NCBI RefSeq assembly: GCF_021028975.2
Contig: NC_059430.1
Location: forward strand, 24,490,001-24,554,000
DNA length: 64,000 nt
DNA from: Sphaerodactylus townsendi
Taxonomy: Eukaryota
Direction of reading: 5' to 3'
Positions within the stretch are counted from its first letter, which is position 1. Every line of letters starts with the position of its first letter. Positions 9,544-20,554 of this stretch are shown piece by piece. A model generated the notes under the pieces. That model ran no database searches and was not told the DNA's origin. It worked only from the letters and a program-made list of their open reading frames with translations. A program made the position numbers and the translations under genes.

Positions 9544-10950
9544 ATCCTCTCACATGTTCGGCTCTCAGAGATGCAAGGTTGATCTCGGCCCACATGAAGA
9601 TCCAAAAGGCTTCCTTGTGCAACTGCGAGGCTCTGGATCCCCCTTGATGATTCAGGTAACACTTGGCCGATGTGTTGTCCGTATGGATGACCACGTGCCT
9701 GCGGAGGACCAGATGCCGGAAAGCCTTGAGGGCTAAGAAGATTGCTTTGACTTCTAGGACATTGATGGGTAACTGGGACTGGGTTGCCGACCAGGCCCCC
9801 TGAGCAAGGTGTTGCTCCAGCTTGGCTCCCCATTCTGACAGGCTGGCATCTGAGAAAATGTGGACCAGGTTCTGGGGCGCGAATACCTTCCCTCTGCTGA
9901 GATTGGGTTTGGATGTCCATCATATGAGGCTGTACCGGACCGCGGGCAGTAAGGACAGAGATCGGTGCTTCCTCTGAATAATCTAAATGGCAAAGGGCCG
10001 CAGGAAGGCTTGTAGTGGGCACACATGTGCTCTTCCCCATTGAATTAGGTCTATGGTGGACAAGAGAAGTCCCAGCAAACTTGCTAGCTGAAGCAGGGAG
10101 CTGGCTCTCTCTGCTAGGACCTTGCGACAGGCCTCCTGGATCTTGGTAACCTTGTTCTTTGGAACAAACAGGGTGCAGGATGCAGTGTCTATGAGAGCCC
10201 CCAGGTGTACCATCTGTTGGGAAGGGAGTGTTGAGCTCTTCTCCAGGTTGACCAGGAACCCGTGCTCCGATAACGTCCTCTGGACCAGTGTGACATCCCC
10301 GATTGCCTGGGTTTGAGACCTTGACCTGATGAGGAGGTCGTCTAGATAAGGGTATATGTGTATGCCCTTGCTGCGTAGAAGGGCAATCAGAGCTACTAGG
10401 ACTTTGGTAAACACTCTGGGGGCTGTGGCTAACCCGAAGGGGAGAGCTACATACTGGAAATGCTGGTTCCCCAGAGCGAACCGCAGGAAGTGGTAGTGTG
10501 CTTGGTGGATGGGGATGTGAAGGTACGCTTCCTTCAGATCCAGGGACGTGAGATAGTCGCCCTGCTGAATTGCTGCCACCGTGGACCTGAGGGACTCCAT
10601 CCCGAAGCAGAATTTCCGGAGGTGCCTGTTGAGGTGCCGAAGATTTAGAATGGCTCTGGTGTCCCCGTTCTTTTTGGGGACAGTTAAAAAGTGGGAATAA
10701 ATCCCTTGCCCGTGTTGTTCCATTGGCACCGGTTCAATCGCTTTGATGGAGAGGAGGTGCACGATGGCAGCATTCAACCTGTTCCTCTTTTCTGAGTGGG
10801 AACCCATGGGAGAGGGGATGAATTTGTCCTGTGGCCAGGAAAGGAACTCTAAGGAGTAGCCTGAAGAAACTATCTCCCGAATCCAGCAGTCGGCATGGGG
10901 AAGCACCCACAGATGCTGAAAATACTGCAGCCGCCCGCAGAAGGTAGGTC
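9544..10950 (-). pseudogene. DIRS copy B pol (RT/RNase H), disrupted and truncated
   Basis: ORF 9983-10906 carries LDLKEAYLHIPI, LPFGL and YLDD. RNase H remnant HTDN...LNHQGG in ORF 9497-9694. Confidence 0.9.
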
Positions 10951-10957
10951 AGGACAG

Positions 10958-12660
10958 TCAGGCCTTGTTGTTAGGAGTGGGTTCAGGTCTGAAGGACTTT
11001 CCTGACTTACCCTGGCCCTTAAGGTCCTGGCGTCTGCGAAAGGAGCTCTGTCCCTGCCAACCCGTCTTTCTGTTTTCCCTCTGAGGGTGATATGCTGAAC
11101 GAAACGAACGAAAGGAAGACCTAGGCATGAACCTTGGTTTATCTGCCCTGACTGACCTAGGCACGGTCTTTTTGTGGTCTTTTGTCTCCACCAAGATTTT
11201 ATCTAATTCAGGCCCAAACAAAATTCCCCCTTGAAAATCGTAGCTGGCAACTACCGTTTTGGATAAGTTGTCTGCCTGCCACGGCTTCAGCCAGAGCAAA
11301 CACCGTGCCACAGATGCCGATGCCATAATGCGGGAGGTGGTTAGGAAGGTGTCTAAGGTGGCATCTGTGAAAAAGGAAACGGCCATCATCACTCTCTCCA
11401 CCCCACCCCCCCTGATGTCCTGGTCTTGGGGTGGAATAATAGCCAGGAGGCATTGTAACCACACGATGGTGGCCCTAGAAACTGTGGCTGCAGGAGTTAA
11501 GATTCTGGCTGACATAGCTGCCCCCTCGTGGACTCTGTGCATACTAGCATCAGCCTTTCTGCCTATGGCATCTTTTAAATTGCCTTCACCATCCCGGTAG
11601 ACCAGGCCTCCTGAGTGCAGAGCTGAAACCAGGCTGTCCACAAGCGGGGTCTTGATCAGGTTGTGGAGGTGCTCTGGGGCTAGGTACAATTTCTTGAAAA
11701 TTTGTGGAAACCCCCTATTCGCTGCCGGACTAACCCATTCCTTTTTGAACTTCCTTTCAAAGGACTCAGGCAGTGGAAAAAACTGAGCATTCTCGTCTTC
11801 AACCGGGAAAATGGAACTGATGCCCTTAATTGGCTTGGTGGGCTTGGCTGAATTGGGGTCTTCAGCCTCTGCTTGTGTAAACCCAGCGCTGAAATAGTCT
11901 TGGCTAAAAGGGTGGCAAGATGATCCAGTTTAAATAGGCGGTGAGTTTGTTCCGCCACTTGCGGGACTTGGGTTTCAGGGTCAGAAAAATGGCCCGAATC
12001 CGCATCCAACTCCCCCTCACTAACATCACTTCTGTCTGAATCTAAGAGGTTGGAGTGCCAACGCGATCCCTCCCTGCCGGGCCTGGGGGACCTAGAACGG
12101 GTCTCAACTTTGAGGCGATTTTCACTGAGGCTGATGGGGCGGAGCCGCTGATCAACCTCCTCTCTAATGGAGAAGCGCATTAGTTCCACCAACTGGTGGG
12201 GGGAGAAACGGCTCCAATCTGCGGGAATAGCACCCGCCCTGCTGGAAACCGCCGAAAGTGCTGTCTCTTGCCTGACCATGGAAGTGTCAATATCTCGCCC
12301 AGGGCTCCGTTGCCGCTGCGAGGATGGTGCAGGCAGGGCGGAGGGTGCTGCTGCGGAGCCGGCTGGGCCTCCCTCTGCCCCCAGGGCCTGTTGCTTCGGG
12401 CCGCTGCCGCGACTCTCCATTTGCAGTTCTCAGCGACCCGTGCAGGGTTCGGCTGAACTGGCCCGCTGTCCGCTGCAGCTGCGCAAACATTGAGAAGCAT
12501 TCCTGCGGCGTCCGCCCTGGTCAGCAACGGACGCCCGCTCCTCTGTCTCAGCCCACCATCTGTGCGGCGGCGAGCGGAGATTACTGGTGGAGGCCCGAGT
12601 ATTTTCTGCAGCGGACCTGCAGAAGGCCTCTCTTTCCGGGGAAAATGGCGCCGTCGCAAT
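10958..12660 (-). pseudogene. DIRS copy B gag, frameshifted, start codon ATG>ATT
   Basis: ORF pieces 10958-11689 and 11680-12420 align with copy C gag. The N-terminus reads IATAPFSPEREAFCRSAAENTRAS from 12660. Confidence 0.85.
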
Positions 12661-12980
12661 CTCTGAGATTTTGGTGCGAAGATTCTGTCCACACTATTAG
12701 TCCCACGGAGAAGGGGAAGGGTACGGGAACAGAAACAAGGGGGGGAATAACACACAAGAGGGGTGCTACAGACAAACAACTAACAATACACATGCAAAGG
12801 AGGGAAACACTGGAAGTTAGCACGGAGCCTGTCGAAGTTGCTGCACTACCTCCGAGGCAGGAAAAGATACTGGAGCAAATTGGCGGCAACAGACCGACAG
12901 GAAGTGACCAAGCATCTTTTCCTGCCTACCTATTGGATGGAGAAAGAAAACCACAAGATGGCTGAAACCATCCAAGAGAA

Positions 12981-13130
12981 CCTTTCTTTCCAGAACTTAA
13001 ACCCATCATTGCCATTCCTACCTTCTACTGCCCTCTTCTAAGTGACAGCCCTTCAAAGACAGCAACCGTGTCCCCCCCTCAATCTCTTCTCCAAACGAAA
13101 TATTCCCAAGTCTCTCAGCCTCTCTTCATA
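12981..13130 (-). mobile_element. Degenerate CR1 LINE 3'-region fragment flanking DIRS copy B
   Basis: Resembles 17040-17215 of the larger CR1 (TGTCCCCCCTCAATCT...CTCAGC...CTCTTCATA). Confidence 0.5.
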
Positions 13131-14597
13131 AACCACCTGCGAGCTTGCCACCAAGTCACAGGCACAAACCCCAACCACAAAGCACAGGCCATTCCCTGAT
13201 TCACTCACCTCCTAGTGGCCCCATCCTCTGTGTGAGCTTGGCTTTTGCTGGCTTTTGGGTTGGATTCAGCTGGCTATTCTGGCAAGCAGGAGCTGGGCCC
13301 CTTTGGCCTCCAAAATGATGGGTCTGGAATGTACAGAAGCCATGTGGGGCAGGGGTGATTGAGTGAGATTCAGTGGGACAGATGGTTGGATCCAATCCAT
13401 TTTTTTGGTTTTGAAAGAATAGGATTGGGGGGGGGGGATGATTTTCCAGTATTTGCTGCCTAGAACTGAGTGGATTTGTTATTTATGGATATGAGTACCA
13501 ATGCTATTGGCTGGATCTGAAATGAAAGGCAAATGCTTGGAGAATGTAGTTATTCTTTTCTTTCTTTGTTACATATATTCAAGGTCTAAAATACAAAATC
13601 AAGAAAACAGGGCCAACAGGATGTGCTGCTGCAACCCACAGTGACGCATTCTACAAACCAACAGCACCAAAATAGTTTTGAGGACTTTAGAATACAGTGC
13701 AATCCTAAACCCAGCGACACCCTTCTAAATCTGTCTTCGTTGGATTTAGAAGGATGTAACCATTTAGGACTGTAGCAGTAGACAGCAATCTTAAGCAGGT
13801 TTACTCACAATCGTGCATGGGTTTATTCAGTGGCATTTTCTCCCAGGAAAGTGTTTTTAGGATTGCATTGCTAATTGCTTTAAAAGCATAATCTTCTCCT
13901 GTGGATTTATTTCCCAAACCATATGTTTGGGTGAACGCCTAGCCCAAGATTTCATTCTTAGAACTTTCATGACACCATAGGCTCATGATACTGTTCCGAA
14001 GGCCAAAAATCCACATTACGCCACTGTGGACGTAAAAATGTTACCCTAAAACTAAACAATTGACCATTTCTGCCATTTAATGGCACTCCAAAATTGTTGC
14101 TCTATCATGCGCTGTGGAGAACAGTCTGGGAAACTGCGCTCCAGGTCTGGGTCATTCTCCAGGCACAGAACTGCAGCGATTTTCTCCTCTGAATTTTTAT
14201 TTGTTTATTTACACTATTTATAGACCACCTTTCTCACTGTTTCCCAATTGTGTGTGGTATAGTGCCTGATCATGTGGGTTGAGCTGCTTATTTCTTGCAC
14301 CTCAAATCCCCACAAATCTGCAGAGCTTTGATGCTCACAAGGTTCAATATTTTGCTTTCAGCAATCCCTTATGGCAGATTCTTAAGAAATTCCTCATCAA
14401 GAAAGACTCTGCTATACTCTGTTCAACAAAAAGAACTCAGTGTAGTCATGCATGTCTGGCGGAAGTCAGAGCAGTGTACGCCTGAATTGCAAAGAAGTGT
14501 GGATTCTCTGACTGCATTTTAAAACGTTATTTCAGAGCCACTTCCGTCAAAACCATTATTTGTTTCACTGAGAAAATAGCACTTTGATAAAATAGCA

Positions 14598-14600
<3 letters not shown>

Positions 14601-14633
<33 letters not shown>
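14601..14633. repeat. (GT)n microsatellite at a LINE-type 3' tail (tail ~14634-14700, - strand)
   Basis: The repeat is seen directly. It adjoins TTTATATACCGCCCTCCCC...GGGCTC, a common squamate LINE tail motif. Confidence 0.8.
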
Positions 14634-14637
<4 letters not shown>

Positions 14638-16883
14638 TTAGTTTTATATACCGCCCTCCCCCGAAGGGCTCTGGGTGGTGCACAACATATAAATCGAAGT
14701 AGAGCACAGTTTAAAACGTAACAAATGCAACTATAATAACATATATATGGCTCCATAAATAGTTAAAACCTCTACTAAAACATAGCGTTACAGTATATAA
14801 TGCCTCGCATCTGACAGCTAAAACCCGCCCGAGAGGGGAGTGGTAGATCCCTCAGATGTTATGCTCCAGATTGCTCCAGATGCCAGAGGCTTACCCGGGG
14901 AAAATGGCGCCCAGGGCAACACCTGCTCTGGGTGCACCCCCCCCCCGCCACCCCACTTACCTTAGCCAGTGGCAGCAGTCCTGGGCAGCCTGGTGGGGCT
15001 GGGAGCCTGCTGCGGGCCCACCAAGCGCCCCCTCACATGATCCAATGGGGTGCACCCGGGGTCAGTTGGCAGATATGCCACTCCTGGATGCCTATTAGTG
15101 AGACTTGCTGTTTTGCAAAGGTGCGCCTGCCATTTTCTTTCCCATTCCTGCAGTGGCAGGCACAACTATACAAAAAGGCAAGTCTTGCTAATAGGTGTCC
15201 GAAGCAAAAAAATTTGTATTTTATCAAACTGGTATGTTTCCCAGTGAAGCAAATAATGGTTTCAATGGAAGCAGCGCTGAAATAACATTTTAAAACGATG
15301 CCAAAGAATCAGAAATGGGGGAGGCTGGCACTAGGACCCGACAGAGCATTCCAACATGAAGAAGGTACAGGAAGATGTGGCGAATTAATTCACACATCTC
15401 CTGAGTTCTTTATGTTGAAAATGGTATAGAGCTAGAGCTCCTGAATTTTAATCTCATGTTTTGCTTTATTGTAATGTTTATACTAAGTTGAGGAACATTT
15501 TAATTAGCTCTCTTTTATCAAGCTTAAAGGCCACTCTGTTAAGCTGTTTTTTTATACATTCTTTCTGACCAGAGACCTCATGTCACTAATAAAGAAGTTA
15601 GGTATCCTCTGACATGCGGCTCTGAGAATTGATTGTTAATAACTTTGGATGATTTCCTTCTCCCTCCTTCCTTCTTTGAAATTTGTGATCATTCATTTGT
15701 GATATCTCAATGTTTTGTAATATATTTACTCAAAGTGGATCACACAATGTAATAAGACATCTAACGGAAGCAGAACTGTAGAAGTCTGAAACACAGCAGA
15801 AATCTAAACAGAGCAGAAGTATTAAACATGGCATGTTGAACACACATTAAATTATATAAGTAGACATATGATGAAGTATATAAAAATGTCTCTTGCCCTA
15901 CAGTTTTTAAACATCTACAGATGGGATAGAAGATATAGAACACAGAAACAAATAATAAAAATCAAACACGATGCAAACAGCAGAATATCTGCAAGTCAGA
16001 TATTGTGTGCTAGAATAGCTTGCAGAAGGAGGATGGTGCAGAAAAAGGGTAACAAGCAGAAGGCAGCTCAAGAAGGAGAGCAGGTGGTAACAGTCACTGT
16101 AACAGATATTGACAGGAAGGGTGCAGCTGAGAAATGGACTGAGTGATTTATGGACTAGAGCTCCTGATCCACTCATTCAAAAGCTGGAGGCTTAATTGTT
16201 GTGGAGTTTTTATAATTGTACATGCGCACAGAGCACCAGCTGGTCACACTTGATAAATGGAAATAAAGTATTTCCAGCCATCCTAACCCAGACTCTGGAA
16301 TGATATCCCTTCACTCTCCATTATTTCTACAATTAGCTGCATATACAGGCCCAGTTTATTTTCAATCAAATGCACCAAGACCACACTCCCCAACAAAGAA
16401 GCTAGCAACTTCCATCAAGATCATTATTCTTCTGTGACAGTGACTGCTACACAGAGCTACAGCTATGTTCAGCCCCAAAGAATGAGAAATACAAAAAAAA
16501 ATAGATAAGTAATGTTTCATGGACAATTTTAATTCATGAAAGAGGATGAAAGCTTTTCACATTTTGAGAACTATTTGTCCCTTTCGTATCAATTTGATCT
16601 GCAAATGATTATAGGGGTTGGTATTTAACTTCATGCCATGAGGAGCTTCAACTGCCCATTTCTACTCACTGACCCTCTGTTGAAGAGACAGGACTTTTCA
16701 GAATCATAGAGTTGGAAGAGACCACAAGGGCCATCAAATCCAACCCCCTGCCATGTAGGAACACATGATCAAAGAATTCCAGACATATGTTACATCCAGC
16801 CTCTGTTTAAAAACCTCAAAAGAAAGAGACTCCACCACTCTCTGAGGCAGTAAATTCCACTACTGAACAGCCCTGACAGAAAG

Positions 16884-17008
16884 ATCCTCTGAAGATGCCA
16901 GCCACAGATGCAGGCGATACATCAGGAGAAAATGCTACTGGAACACGGCCATACAGCCCAGACACCCCACAACACCCTAGTGATTCTGGCCATGAAAGCC
17001 TTCAACAA
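16884..17008 (+). mobile_element. Penelope-like element terminal fragment with degenerate hammerhead ribozyme motif, inserted in CR1
   Basis: CTGAAGA-TGCCAGCCACAGATGCAGGC-GATAC-ATC-AGG. Homologous to 54241-54351 and 61671-61760. CAGAAAG is repeated on both sides. Confidence 0.78.
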
Positions 17009-17372
17009 GTCAGAAAGTTCTTCCTAATGTTTTGGTGGAATTTCTTTCCCTGCACCTTGAATCCATTTCTCTGTGTCTCAAGGCAGCAGAAAACAAGCTT
17101 GCTCCCTCTTCAAGATGATATCTCTTCAAATATTTGAACATAACTATCATGTCCCTCCTTAACCTTCGCTTCTTCAGATTAAACATCCTCAGCTCCCTAA
17201 GTTTCTCTTCATAGGGCATGGACTTTTTAACATTTTGATGGTTCTCCTCTGGATACATTCCAGCTTGTCAGTATCCTTCTTAAATTGCGCTGCCCAGAAC
17301 TGAACACAGTACTCTAGGTGAGGTCTGACCAATGCAAAGTATAGTGGTAAAATTACTTCCCTCGATCTAGAC

Positions 17373-17558
17373 CAGTGGTTCTCAACCTGGGGGTCGGGAC
17401 CCCTTTGGGGGTCGAATGACCCTTTCACAGGGATCGCCTAAGACTCTCTGCATCAGTGTTCTCCATCTGTAAAATTGATAAATGTTAGGATTGGGGGTCA
17501 CCACAACATGAGGAACTGTATTAAAGGATGGTGGCATAAGGAAGGTTGAGAACCACTG
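17373..17558. mobile_element. hAT MITE, SPIN/URR1-like, inserted in CR1
   Basis: TIRs CAGTGGTTCTCAACCT / AGGTTGAGAACCACTG. 8-bp TSD ATCTAGAC/ATCTGGAC. Internal ACCCCTTTGGGGGTCGAATGACCCTTTCACAGGG and CACAACATGAGGAACTGTATTAAAGG match my recollection of URR1/SPIN_NA. Confidence 0.85.
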
Positions 17559-19890
17559 ATCTGGACACTATACTCTTATGGATGCATCCCAAAATTGCAT
17601 TGGCTTTCTTGACTGCCATATCACACTGCTGACTCAAGTTCAGTTTGTGGTCTACTAAGACTCCCAGATCCCTTTCACATGTAGTGTTGTCAAACCAGGT
17701 GTCACCCATCCTATATCTGCATTTAATTTTATCTGCCTGAGTGTAGAGTCTTATATTTATCTCTTTGTTAATTTTGGCCCAGCTCTCTAATTTGTCCAGA
17801 TCATTTTGAATTCTGCCCCTTTCCTCCAGGGTATTTGCTACCCCTCCCAATTTGGTATCACCTGCAAATTTGATTAATATGCCCTCTATTTCATTATCAA
17901 GTAATTGATTTAAAAAATTGAACAGCACTGGGCCCAGGATAGAACCCTGTGGCACGGCACTGCTGACTTCTCTCCAGGATGAAAATGAGCTGTTGATAAG
18001 CACTCTTTGTGTTTGGTCAGTCAACCAATTACAAATCCATCTAACAGTTGGATTGTCTAGTCCAAATCTTCCCAGCTCACTTGCAAGAATATCATGGGGC
18101 ACAGGCCTTTTTAAAATCAAGGTATGCTACGTCCACAGCATTCCCTTCATCTACCAAGTTTGTCACTCTATCAAAAAAAGAGATAAGATTTATCTGGCAA
18201 GACTTCTTTTAGAGAAACCCATGTTGATTTTCAGTGATCACATTATTCCCTTCCAAGTGCTTACAGACAGCCTCCTTAATTATCTGCTCTAGAATCTTTC
18301 CTGGTATTGATGTCAAGCTGACTGGGCAGTAGTAGTTTGGGTCCTCTTTTTTCCCCTTTTTGAAGTGGGGACAACATTAGTTCTCCTCCAGTCCACTGGA
18401 ACTTCTGTTCTCCAGGAGTTCTCAAAGATTATAGCAAGTGGTTCTGAGATTACTTCTGCCAGTTCTTTTAATACCCTGGAATGTAATTGATCACACCATG
18501 GAGATTTGAATTTATTAAAGTATTCAGGTATTCCTCTACTAGCTCTTTATTTTTTCTGTGCTGAATTTCCCCTACTGTATCCTCTGATTCATTTCCCCCC
18601 AGTTGAGCACTGTTTTTCTTTTGGGAAAGAAATGAGGCAAAGAAGGTGTTGAGTAGTTCTGCCTTTTCTCTGTTCCCTGTTAGAATTTCACCATCTTCTC
18701 CATGCAGTGACCCTATCATATCCCTTTTCTTCCTTTTGCTACAGACATAACTAAAACAGCCCTTTTTATTGCTTTTAACATATCTCACAAGCCTGAGCTC
18801 ATTATGAGTTTTAGCTTTTCTGACTTTCTCCCTACATGGCTTGGCTAATTGTTTTAATTACTCTTCAGTAATTTCCCCCCTTTTCCATTTCTTATACATG
18901 TCCCTTTTATATCTTAGCTCACTTGAGAGTTCTGTAGACATCCATCCTGGTTTCTTTAGACACCTCCCATTTTTTCTCCTCACTGGAACTGACTGAAATT
19001 GTGCCTTCAAGATCTTACTTTTAAGAAACTCCCATCCATCTTGTACTCCCTTCTCTTTTAGTATTCTTAGCCATGGGATCACACTCAGTAGTTTCGTAAG
19101 TTTACTGAAATCAGCTTTCTTGAAGTCTAGAACGTGCATCCGACTAGACTTGGCATTCCCTTTCCATTGTATAACGAACTCCAGGAGAACATGGTCACTC
19201 CCACCTAAGGACGCTACCACTTCTACCTCATTAATCAGATTATCATTGCTGGTTAGGAGCAGATCTAAAATAGCTGATCCCCTTATTGCCTCATCCACCT
19301 TCTGGACCATGAAACTGTCTGCAAAGCAAGCGAGGAAATTGTTGGATCTGACAGTCTTGGCCGAGTTTGACTCCCAGCGAGTATCTGGATAATTGAAATC
19401 TCCCATTACTACTATTGCTTGTCTTTGTGAAAGTTTGGTCATCTGCTCCTGAAAGGCATCATCCAACTCTTCAGTCTGGCTTGGGGGGTCCATAATAGAG
19501 ATCACTGCTGTTTTTCTCCCCCTTAATTTTACCCAGATGCTCTCAACCTGGTTCCTAAGATTTAAGTCATAGACCTGCTCACAGGTGTAATCATCCCTAA
19601 CACATAGTGCTACTCCTCCACCTTTCCTAGTTGATCTATTTCTCTGGAATAGGTTGTACCCCTCAATTATTACATTCCATTCATGAGATTCATTCCACCA
19701 GGTTTCAGTGATGCCTATTATGTCCTATTTATCATGCCTTGTTAAGAGTTCCAGTTTATCCTGTTTATTACTCATGCTTTGTGCATTAGTGAAGAGACAT
19801 CTAAGGCTTTGGTTCATGCCCTGTGGATGCTTATTTAAGGTTTTATCCCCCTCACTGCTGGGTTTTTGAACTATTCACTCAGTTCTCTCT

Positions 19891-20554
19891 GGCCGTTTCC
19901 GCACGGCCGCCATGCGCCCCCACGCCGCCAAGAGTTTGCCGGCGTGGGGGCGCAAGCCTGTTCGCACGCAAGCGTGCGAGCAGGCCAAGCAGAGGCCCCC
20001 GCAGGAGAGGTGGCTCCGCACGGAGCCGCCTCTTCCCCCTTCTCCACCCCACTCACGATGTCACCGTCGTCGCCTGCTGGCCGTGGAAGCCCCGCCCACG
20101 CTGCCCTCCGACCCCTGGAGGTCAGAGGACAGTGTGGGCGGGGCTTCCACGGCCAGCAGGCGACGACGGAGACATCGTGAGTGGGGCGGAGAAGGGAGAC
20201 AGCGTCTTCCCGGCGGCGCGGTTCACACCGCGCCGCTGGGAAGACGCTTCCCCCCCAACAACAACCCTTTAAAGGGCGGGGCTTCCACGGCCAGCAGGCG
20301 ACGACGGTGACATCGTGAGTGGGGTGGAGAAGGGGGAAGAGGCGGCTCCGTGCGGAGCCGCCTCTCCTGCAGGGGCCTCTGCTTGGCCTTTAAAGGGTTG
20401 TTGTTTAGGGCGGCCTGACGCTGCCCTGGGGGGAAGGAAGCGCAGTCAGGTCGGCGCTGCTGCATTGCAGCAGCGCCGACTGTGCGAACAGCGGCCTGGG
20501 GGCGGCGTTTTTACCGCCCCCAGGCCGTCGTTTTTGGGCCGTGCAGAAACGGCC
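19891..20554. mobile_element. GC-rich PIF/Harbinger-type MITE (copy 1), inserted in CR1
   Basis: TIRs GGCCGTTTCCGCACGGCC / GGCCGTGCAGAAACGGCC. 3-bp TSD TCT. Internal inverted repeats. Homologous to 23718-29323. Confidence 0.85.

Larger units (their letters stand above)
9544..12980 (-). mobile_element. 3'-truncated, decayed DIRS1-like element (copy B, same family as copy C)
   Basis: The 5' terminus TTCTCTTGGATGGTTTCAGCCATCTTGTGG at 12980 matches the copy C ICR (24421-24450). gag and pol are frameshifted. Homology stops after RAEHVRG at ~9544; MT, YR, ICR and right ITR are absent. Confidence 0.93.
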
